Positions 25,550-35,520 of a stretch of DNA of 64,000 nucleotides are shown one piece after another. The stretch comes from Camelus dromedarius. Taxonomy: Eukaryota. The notes under the pieces are model-generated. The model saw nothing but the letters and a program-made list of their open reading frames with translations, was not told where the DNA came from and ran no database searches. The first letter of the stretch is position 1, and every line of letters begins with the position of its first letter. The stretch lies in the NCBI RefSeq assembly GCF_036321535.1, contig NC_087436.1:75580001-75644000 (forward strand), read 5' to 3'. Made by a program: the position numbers and the translations under genes.

Positions 25550-26760
25550 AGGAGAAATTCCTTCCAGGCAGAGGAGCAGCAGTTGGAAGAAAGATGCAGA
25601 CACAGGAGAACATGACAACCCTGAGGAGTGGTAGAGAGTTCATGTGGCTGGAGCAAGTATCTTACATCTTATATCTTACTTCTTATACCTTAGGAAGATA
25701 TAAGAAGTAAGAGTCAATCATGGAGGACCTGAAGCTAAGATGAAGGGATTTCCATTTTGTCCTGAAAGACTGTTGGGGCAAGTAGGATATAGCAGAGAGC
25801 TGGCATGATCAGATTTTCAATTTTAAGAAGGTCATTCTGGCTACAGGGTAGAGAACACCCTGGATGGGGGCCAGATAGGGAGCAAGGAGGCCAAGAAATA
25901 GGCTATGGCAGTCACCTAGAACAAGAAAGGTTGGTGGCATGAACACCATGCAGTGGCAACAAGGATGAAGATTTGATGAGATCTTGAAGAGATACTAGCA
26001 CACCCATGTTCATTGCAGTGTTATTCACAATAGCCAAGAGATGGAAGCAACCTAAATGTCCTTTGACAAATAAATGGACTAAGAAAATGTGGCATATAGA
26101 ACAATGGAATATTATCCAACCTTAAAAAAAAGAAGAAAGTCCTATCATATGCTACAATATGAATGACCCTTAAGGACACTGTCCTAAAGGAAATAAGCCA
26201 GCACAAGAAGACAGATACTGCGTGATTCCGCTTACATGAGCTATCTAAAGTAGTCAGACTCTTAGAAACAGAAAGTGGAATGGTGGTCGCCCCTGCATGC
26301 AGTGGGTGGGTATGCAGGTGGGGAGAGGGAAAAAGGGGAGCTGTTGTTCAATAGATAAGGGGTTTCTGTTTTGCAAGAGGAAAAACCACTAGAAATCTGT
26401 TGTACAACAATGTGCTATAGTTAACACTACTGTGCTATACACTTGAAAGTAAAGATGGTAAAAATAAAAAGCTGGGAAGAGATTAAGATATTTAGAGATA
26501 CAGTGCTCAGTTAGATGTGGAAGAGGGTGACACACCCGTTTCTGAGTATACAGAGATGCCGTTCATTGAGATCAGGAACATATGACTTTGAGGGAGTTGT
26601 GTAGGAGACACGAGGAGTTCAGTTTGGGATGTGCTTATAAAGGGTGTGCCTATTAAGGGCACGTGGGAGATCGGTAGGTATTCAGGGTGGGAGATAACAC
26701 CCTCGAGAATCATTAATGGCAGGTAGTGGTTAAGGCCTCAGAAAGAACTGAGATTCCCCA
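25550..26760 (-). mobile_element. L2 LINE, interrupted by an L1 3' fragment
   Basis: ggcatgatcagattttcaattttaagaaggtcattctggct; gagttcagtttgggatgtg; antisense L2. Confidence 0.65.
25998..26470 (+). mobile_element. L1MB-type 3' end fragment nested in L2
   Basis: gcacacccatgttcattgcagtgttattcacaatagccaagagatggaagcaacctaaatgtcc...aataaa. Confidence 0.85.
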
Positions 26761-29443
26761 GGAATCCCACTGCATAGAATGAAAAGCAATATATTCAGAT
26801 ACCTGCCTAAATGAAAATTTGTTCTGTGGCCTTTCTGTAATTCTGTCATTCATCAAATCTAAGATCCTTTAAATGGGTTTGGTTTTTAGTACTCATCAGA
26901 ATTATATGCATATGTGTGTATACATATATCATATATAAACGTATGTGAGATGTATACATTTAGAATATGTATCAAATTTGGGCAAAGAGATCTGAAGACA
27001 TGTATATCACAGCATAGATAGTGTAAAATTCAGCAAATAAGTTAATAGATTCACATCAATTCATAGTTTTCCGAGTAATCACCTACTATTTGACTTAGAA
27101 TATCCTTAAGGGCAAATCTTTGTTTAATTGAGTTTGGTATCTTCCTTGGCATCTAGCACAATGCATTATATAAAATAGTTGCTTAGGAAATATTTGTTGA
27201 CTAAGTGAATATTTTCAGTTCTACTTTCACGTACTTAGTAACTTCCAGCAGGTGCGGGTATGGAAGGTGGGCAGATCAAGTCGGGCTTCACAGGCCGTAA
27301 CTAGGGGACTTAGCTGTATTCTGAGTAACATGGAGAGCTACGGCAGGGGGTTGAGCAGAGCACTAATGTCCTTTTTAAAGGCATCTCGCTGGCTGCTGTG
27401 CTGAAATAGACCGAAGTGGGGGCAAGGGAGAAGTTGGGAGGCCATCATGGTAACCTGGTAACCCAGGAGAGAGACGGTGGCTCCTAGCAGGGTGGTAGCA
27501 ATGTCGGTGGGGAGAAGCAGTTGGATTCTGGATGCATTCAGAGGTAATATGGGTATTATGAAAACCATTACTCTGTAATCTTCTTTTGTTGACAGATATT
27601 TAATTTTAAAAAGTGTCTTCTATAATGATTCCCATGAAATTTAACCTCTCATTTCTTACTGTTTAATTGATAAATATTGAACATTCCAAACAGCCAATAT
27701 TAAAATTGGTATACTCCAATACATCTCAACCTCAATATTGCTCTCTTCAGAGAATCAGGTCCTTACTTTTCCTACCTAGTATCCATTTCTATTAGTAAAG
27801 AAATAAGTATCAATAAATTCTGTAATAAAATGTCTGTTTTCTTGGCTAGAACACATTTCCCTTTTCCATTGTCCTGTGTCCATGAAACTCTCTTTTCTTA
27901 CCACTTTATTGTTTTAGGGATATCTAGATTTTCAAAAATACTCCATAATATTTTGAGAATTTCTTGTTATTCTATGTTATTGAGATTAAAAGGTAGCAAA
28001 CAAACCTGAACAATGTATTCAGCTGGCCGTTTTTGGTCAGTGTACCTGTGGCCACACATGTACAGGTTTACAGGTTGTGCACACGTGCATGGACTGTAAA
28101 CACCTTATGTAGGGCACATATTTCTAATTTGTTGTCCTTAACCGGTTTTAGTTTAGGGTGAGAGACCAGCTGCTATTTGCAGCTCTTGTTTTCCTTGCTC
28201 GTTACATTCCAGACCTGAGTGATGACCTGAAATATGACTCTGTCCTATAGCGGGGTTGTCCTAACCTGCAGATGCTGCCTCTCCCCAGGACCACGTATGC
28301 CTTGGGGACAATTACCAGGCAACTGCAACCTTCAGTCTTTTCATGCTTAAAAAGAAGAGCACCACACCCTCCTCCAGGAGAGTGACTGAGCCCTGCTTAA
28401 TCCTTTCCTAAACTGGAAATTCCTTCTGAAAGTGGCAGAGCTTGAAAGAGCAAGAGAGCATGTCAAACTCCAACGCTTCAGGGCTCAGTTAGGAAGAGCC
28501 TGTGACGAGCTGCATAGTTTTGTTCTGTTTTATTACCAGACAAGGGCCCTTTTCCTTTTCTCTTCTCCACTCTGTGTTTTTGCCACTGTCCCCAAATCTC
28601 TGTTAGGCCTGGTCATGGAATTCTGAATCTCTCCTCTTTTTTATTTTTTTAATGTTGTCACTGTTTGTGGGTTGTGAATACACACAAGTGAAGGCATAGT
28701 GAAAGCTGCACACACGTTGGCCTTCTGATTAATTTCACCTGACTCCTTCACTGAGTCCTGAAAGCTAGAAACAAAATGCAGTATCTGGTTCTTTTGAACA
28801 GTACAACGGGGACAAAGAGAAATACTGACTATTTTTATAGTGCTTCAATAAACAGTTCTTAAACCTCTGAATTCAGATGGTGGGGCTCTTTGGCATTTAA
28901 GATGAGTTCATCTTCAGCCCTTTGAAACCATCAAAGTTAAAAAAAAAGGGGGGGGTGGCGGGCATCACAGTTCCCATTAGCAAGCTGAGGGGTTGGGAGA
29001 AATTCTCACCAGATACAGTCTTAGCCCATTAAATTAGAGGAGCAGAGCTGCAGGAATCCAGCTGTGAATAGTAGAATAGCCAGCTGCGATGCTTCATTTT
29101 CTAACGTGTGCTACCATGAGTTCCAACTAGGGAAAAATGATCACACTGGGACCCCCACAGCACGCACCCGCAGGGGCCAAGGGCAGGGGACAGAAGGGTC
29201 GGGTGCAAGACCCGAAGAGGACTCTGTCACCCTGTGAGGTTCCTGAGGCTGGGACAGATCTGCAAAGCAGGGGACCAGTTCCTTCTTTTGAACTCTCAGA
29301 GAAAACTTTGCTATCTGTGACTAATTAAAAAACCCAGAGTGAGGGTTTTGTTGTTTTGTTTTTTTTTTAAATGAGGTTTGTTTTTGCCTCTGGCTTTTGT
29401 TCATCAGACCATTTTTTCTTCTTCTTTCTTAAATTTTGTGTAG

Positions 29444-29558
29444 GCTCGGGAGGATGGCCTGACTGTGATTCAGCCTCATTCCCTCCCCTTCGTAAACTCT
29501 GAGAGGCCAAGTGGAAAGATCGTGTACAACATCACTATACCTCTGCATCCAAATCAAG
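29444..29558 (+). CDS. FRAS1: FRAS1 coding exon (115 nt, ~exon 33): AREDGLTVIQPHSLPFVNSERPSGKIVYNITIPLHPNQ
   Basis: Long T-rich tract plus tgtag acceptor, donor AAG|gtgaga; phase 0 to 1; not in the ORF track. Confidence 0.94.
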
Positions 29559-30352
29559 GTGAGACGTGCGGTCAGTCATCTTCTGAGTGATGCTGCTGTC
29601 TTCCACTTGTTGACCAGCCTTAAAAGCTCTGAAATTCTGTCTGCTTCTACTTGTTGAGGATTTCAGGAGTAACAATTATTCATCACCTTTGCTCCTGTCT
29701 TCTGAGTTTAGAACCAACTGAGAGAGAGAGACTGTGGTCAGATAGAGGGAGATGGATGTGTCAGGTTTGGTACTGACAGAGCTGTGCCTAAGAAAACAGC
29801 GTGCACATAGCTTTAATCACCAGATGAGCTCCCCCTCCCATGGCAGGCAGAACCAGACAGACCCAAGCATGGCCCGTAGGGACAGACAGCTCCTGCCCTG
29901 ATGAGGTTATGATAGGCAAGCAGACCAGAAAGAGCTTGTGCTAAAGACAGCTGGGGCTCAACGGGGCCTGAGCCCCACATACTTAGTTTCATTCCCACTT
30001 GGATAAGTCACTCCTCCTCTCATACGGGAGCATGGAAATATGGAATTACAGTTAGAGGAGAGGTGGGCCCCTGCCGTCAGTCTCCAGCCCTCAGATCCCT
30101 TTACTTTGGGGCTCAGCTAACAAGCCTGCGCCGGAATAGGTGTGGCCGGGCATCACAGGAGGGTCGGCTTCTACAAAGACACTTCTGTTCCCTCTGGAGC
30201 TGCTCTCCCAAGACCAACCACTGCCTTAGATATAAGCCTTTCACATTATCATATTCCCAAGAAGAAATTAAATTTCATTTCCCTTTTGAAAAGGTCTAGA
30301 GGAATTAAAAGTCTGAAAGTCCTCCTTCCATCTTTTTTTAATCTAAGTCATA

Positions 30353-31323
30353 CTCAATAAGAAAAAAATAAACAACCCAATCCAAAAATGGGCAGAAGAC
30401 CTAAATAAGCAATTCTCCAAGGAAGACATACAAATGATCAAAAAGCACATGAAAAAATGCTCAATATCACTAATTATCAGAGAAATGCAAATCAAAACTA
30501 CAATGAGGTATCACCTCACACCAGTCAGAATGGCCGTCATTCAAAAATCCACAAATGACAAATGCTGGAGAGGCTGTGGAGAAAGGGGAACCCTCCTACA
30601 CTGCTGGTGGGAATGCAGTTTGGTGCAGCCACTATGGAAAACAGTGTGGAGATTCCTCAAAAGACTAGGAATAGACTTACCATATGACCCAGGAATCCCA
30701 CTCCTGGGCTTGTATCCAGAAGGAAATCTACTTCAGGATGACACCTGCACCCCAATGTTCATAGCAGCACTATTTACAATAGCCAAAACATGGAAACAGC
30801 CTAAATGTCCATCAACAGGTGACTGGATAAAGAAGAAGTGGTATATTTATACAATGGAATACTACTCAGCCATAAAAACCGACAACATAGTGCCATTTGC
30901 AGCAACATGGATGCTCCTGGAGAATGTCATTCTAAGTGAAGTAAGCCAGAAAGAGAAAGAAAAATACCATATGAGATTGCTCATATGTGGAATCTAAAAA
31001 ACAAAAACAAAAGCAAACAAACAAACAAAAACAAAGCGTAAATAAAGGACAGAAATAGACTCACAGACAGAGAATACAGACTTGTGGTTACCAGGGGGGT
31101 GGAGGGTGGGAAGGGATAGACTGGGATTTCAAAATTGTAGAATAGACTACACTGTATAGCACAGGGGAATATACACAAAATGTTATGATAACTCACAGAG
31201 AAAAAAATGTGACAATGAGTGTGTATATGTCCATGAATAACTGAAAAATTGTGTTGAACACTGGAATTTGACACAACATTGTAAAATGATTATAAATCAA
31301 TAAAAAAATGTTAAAAAAAAAAA
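30353..31323 (+). mobile_element. Young 5'-truncated L1: open ORF2 C-terminus, 3' UTR, poly(A), TSD aagtcata
   Basis: Frame open 30353-30997 (214 codons) with CCHC knuckle [24 protein letters not shown] at 31299; A tail; TSD at 30345-30352 and 31324-31331. Confidence 0.96.
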
Positions 31324-31663
31324 AAGTCATAGCTAGAGTCATCCTTCCTATGGGGCCAGAGTGGAGATGTTCTTCCAGACAAGCAGCCTGAATGGTGAAG
31401 CCTCATATGCTCCCTCCTTTTAAAGAGTTGATAGGACAGGAAAGATGATCACAGCATAAGTTCTATACCTGCAGAGTTTAGAAATGACAGACAAATCTGC
31501 AGCCCCTGAAGTATTTATAATTTAGTGATTGTTGCAAATCAAGATCTTAGAATAGTCAGGATCCATGTTACTGTTGCTAAGGATCATCACAGAGACTAGG
31601 GAGCCTCTGAAGGACAGAGGGGAGATTGAGAAAAATCACTTTACAGCCTCACCAAGAGACCAG

Positions 31664-31694
<31 letters not shown>

Positions 31695-32033
31695 GCGACT
31701 TTGACCTTTGAACTTAAGCTCAATTGCGAGAATCTCATAATTATGGTACAGCATCTGTGACTTGTGAAGAATTCCCTGGTCTAAGCTACACAGGGGACAG
31801 TAGTTTGCATCTTACTATTGCTTATGGTCAGTGAATCCTAGTCAAGAGTATTTGGGTTTCCGATTTGCCCTTTTCTTCAATAACTAGAGAATAGTCCACC
31901 AAGAACAACTTGAGAGCACTTGTTCCTGAGGAATAAAGGCCTCCCACCTGTGGAAAAAGCAGCTTTATGGCCCCGATCATTCAGCCAGCCACCAGAATTA
32001 CTGCTGATGCTCATGCTGACTCTTCCTCCCCAG

Positions 32034-32171
32034 GCACCATTGAACGCAGGGACCAGCCTCACTCTCCCATCCGCTACTTCACACAGGAAGACATCAACCA
32101 GGGCAAAATCATGTACCGTCCTCCCATGGCAGCCCCCCACCTCCAGGAGATCACGGCCTTCTCCTTTGCTG
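32034..32171 (+). CDS. FRAS1: FRAS1 coding exon (138 nt, ~exon 34): GTIERRDQPHSPIRYFTQEDINQGKIMYRPP...FSFA
   Basis: Acceptor tcttcctccccag, donor CTG|gtaagg; phase 1-1. Confidence 0.95.
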
Positions 32172-32809
32172 GTAAGGCTTTTTTCTCTATGTGAAGCACC
32201 AAACTGCTCTCTGTGGATCTTCATGGCAGTCTTGCCCTGACTCTGCCATAGTCCTTCTAGAGAGTTTGGTGACACTGCTCTGTAGGTTTTCAAAATAGCT
32301 CAAGACTTGGGGGCCAATAAGTAGCTCTGTGCTCATGTTCATCATTTTTTCCTTTATTCATTTGTGCTGGCATACTTTTAATAAATTTCTACTTTATGTT
32401 GTGTCTCTGATGTGGAAAGGCCTGAGAGAGGCCTTAGAGATCTACTGGTGAGAAACAAGAGGCATGAATCCTGTTCTTGATGAGTTTTGGGATCTAAGTA
32501 TAGAGACAGAATTTGGAAATAATCCCAGTAATGAACATTTAGTTGCAGGCTGAGACAAGAGCTCTGAAAAGAAAGAGGAATGTTTAGTGGTGGAATTGGA
32601 TGTAGCGAGACTGACCTAGACTGAGGGTTCATTGCTGGCTGCCCCAGGGAGGCATTGACAGTCGAGGGATGGGTAGACGCTAACTAGGCTAAGTGTGTGT
32701 GTTGGGACCATTGGGAGGACATTCCTGAAGGAAGGGCACATGTCCCTGTGCAGAGGCCCTGCGAGGGAGAGAATGTGACATTCTGGGGATTTAAAAAAAA
32801 GGTCAGTGT

Positions 32810-33280
32810 AGACTATTACTCAGCCATAAAAAAAAGAATGAAATAATGCCATTTACAGCAACATGGATATGCCTAGAGATTATCATACTAAGTGAAGTAA
32901 GTCAGACAGAGAAAGACAAATATTTTACAATATCATTTATATGTAGAATCTAAAAAATAGTATGAATGAACTTATTTACAAAACAGAAATAGACTCAGAC
33001 ATAGAAAACAAACTTATGCCTACCAAATGGGAAAGAGGAGGGAAGGGATAAATTGAGAGTAGGGGATTAACAGATACCATACTACATACTACCATACTAA
33101 AATAAACAATAAGGACCCACTGTATAGCACAGGGAACTATATTCAGTATCTTATAATAAACTATAATGGAAAAGAATCCAAAAAATATAGATATATACAT
33201 ATATATACATATAACCAAATCACTTTGCTGTACACCTGAAATGAATGCAATATTGTAAATCAACTATACTTCAATTTTTA
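32810..33280 (+). mobile_element. L1 3' end fragment with ~15-bp TSD, inserted into an L2-like relic
   Basis: tactcagccataaaaaaaagaatgaaataatgccatttacagcaacatgg; TSD aaaaaaggtcagtgt (32795-32809) and aaaaatggtcagtgt (33281-33295). Confidence 0.9.
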
Positions 33281-33759
33281 AAAAATGGTCAGTGTGTCTG
33301 GAATGTGGAGGGTTGAGCAGAACAAGGATGAGCCTGTCGGTATGGATAGAGGCCAGGCCTTAGAGGCCCTGGAAGCCTGCAGGGATTTGGATCAGAACAG
33401 TAGAACCTGGTGAAGGTTTTAAGTTACAGGGGGAAAAGGAACTCTTTGACTGCAGTGATGTGAGTGGATTTGAGGAGGGGCCGGGGCAGATGGATATGTG
33501 GTTGAATGGAAACTGGCGAGAAGGATCCTGCTGTATCTCAGGGAAGGTCCCATGTAAAAATGAAGAATGCAGGTGATCTTTAGATTAAAACCAGAATTTG
33601 ACAGATGGCACCTTTTTTAAAGAAGAGAAGACTGAGCAAAAGAATAACTAAATTTCTGATTCAGGCAAGTGTGTGCCCTTCCACTAAGCTAAAACAGCCT
33701 TAATCCTTGCCACCCCTTACCTCCCCCCTTGACCTAGTATTCAAAGCTGCTGAGGTTTT

Positions 33760-34032
33760 TTAAAATTTTAATTCTTATTTTTTACTGAAATGTAGTCAAT
33801 TTACAATGTAAGTTTCAGGTGTACAACAAAGCATTTGGGTTATACATATACATACATACATGTATTTTCAGTTTCTTTTCCATTATAGCTCGTTACAAGA
33901 AATTGAATATAGCTCCCTGTGCTATACAGTAGGTCTGTGTTATTTATCTATTCTAAATATAGTAGATGCGTATCTGTTAGTCCCAAACTCCTAATCTATC
34001 CCTTCCTTCCCCTTCCCAGCTGGTAACCACAC
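33760..34032 (-). mobile_element. L1 3' UTR fragment, antisense
   Basis: tttactgaaatgtagtcaatttacaatg...ctccctgtgctatacagtagg...ggtaacca; degenerate TSD aaagctgctgaggtttt and aaaactactgagtttt. Confidence 0.85.
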
Positions 34033-34364
34033 AAAACTACTGAGTTTTAAGCCCCTGCCCTAAATGTTTCTGTGCTCTGAAATCATTCTAAAAATCTGCA
34101 AGCCTGTTTCTTTATGATACTTAAAATGTATGTATCATATAGCACTTAATATAGAGTATTATTTTTGTATAGTAGCTTTATTCATACAGAACAATTGGTG
34201 ATTTCTTATGGTGAGTTTAACACAGCTTGAATAATTTTAGAGTTATGTTTTAAAGTATGCCAAATGTTTAAAGTAATATTTGCCATTATTTGTATAGTTG
34301 CAATTTTCTAGAAAATGATTAACTCCTCTGTTACAGTGAAAATCCGTAAGTGTTGGGGTAGACT

Positions 34365-34424
34365 TCTTATCTAAAGGTTTACTAAAGGTTTACTAAAGGT
34401 TTACTATATCTTATCTAAAGGTTT
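34365..34424. repeat. Short tandem repeat (ctaaaggttta)x3 plus a 16-bp direct repeat
   Basis: Units at 34371, 34382 and 34393; tcttatctaaaggttt at 34365 and 34409. Confidence 0.9.
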
Positions 34425-35059
34425 CCCCAATGTTTACTAACTGATAACTGGTAGCCAGTGAAAATGTCCATGGTCCTCTAACTCCAACTTTACAAGACCT
34501 ACTTTACAAGAAACTCCCTGGGATTAGAGGGAAAGAAAACATGTCAGCCATGGTTGAAGTTATTTCCGAATACACTATACTGCAGAGAGCAGAGTCCTGT
34601 CCTGTATAATCTATGGGATAAATGCCACGAGGTAAATCTCTCACACTCACACTGTTACAGTGTGTAAATCAATGTCCCAGGCATCACTCAATTCTACAAT
34701 GGAACTGACCCACCAGAGAGCCTTGTCAGTGATGTATGGCATCACCCACAGTCACCGATTTGTACGATTCTGTGTACTGATAAAATGGAATCTGAATGAA
34801 TGTGTTATAAATCACTCTAACTGCTGTGATATAAAATTATTCCTCTATGGGTTTCCTTTTGTTACTTAAAATTAGTGCTGGCACCATTAATTCAACATAA
34901 CATTAGCAAACAACCTGGTGATCTTTCCATAAACCCTAATAATTTAGATTAAAATGTCCTTTTACTTTTCTAACCTCTGCATTATATTTTGTACCTTCTG
35001 CATCTATTTCTGACCTCAAAATATTTAGTGTACTGATTTTCTCACATCTGTTCTTTCAG

Positions 35060-35092
35060 GTCTTCCAGACTCAGTGAAATTCCACTTCACAG
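35060..35092 (+). CDS. FRAS1: FRAS1 33-nt micro-exon (~exon 35): GLPDSVKFHFT
   Basis: Acceptor ttctttcag, donor CAG|gtaaac; phase 1-1; completes the F-x-F-T-V-S-D-G CSPG motif with the next exon. Confidence 0.9.
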
Positions 35093-35369
35093 GTAAACAT
35101 TTTTATCTCAATTTTATTGGAAAATGGAATTTTTCCTTTTTTTAAAAAAATTTGTCCCTTCTTTTTACTCTCTTCATCATTACCTTTAGCTATTTTCTAA
35201 GAACTACTTAAAAGTTACATTAACACAAGTTTCTTCTAAAATAATTACGTGGCTAGTTAAATAGTTATAGCTTAACTTTGTATTCATAAAAAAATAATTT
35301 ACCAAGGATACCAAAGATTACTATTCTTTAAGCCCCATTTCAACTTGCCCTAATATCTATTAAAAACAG

Positions 35370-35520
35370 GTTATGGTTAAGACTCTGGATCCAGATTGTC
35401 TGGGCTTCAGCCTGCTTTGGGAAAGTTTCTTAACTTCTCTGTGACTTGAATGTCTTATTCATCAATGGGGATAATAAATAATAATTACATACGTGTAAAG
35501 CCCCCAGAACAGTGATTGGC
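35370..35520 (+). mobile_element. MIR SINE interrupted by Tigger1
   Basis: ggttaagactctggatccagattgtctgggcttc...gtgtaaagcccccagaacagtgattggca; MIR-like tail resumes after 38107. Confidence 0.65.

Noticed and set aside
30434..30997. Independent 187-aa protein-coding gene
   Set aside because: It is the C-terminus of L1 ORF2 in a 5'-truncated copy with no promoter, endonuclease or RT domain.
34365..34424. CRISPR-like direct repeats
   Set aside because: These are 11-bp head-to-tail units with no spacers, in a mammalian intron with no cas genes.
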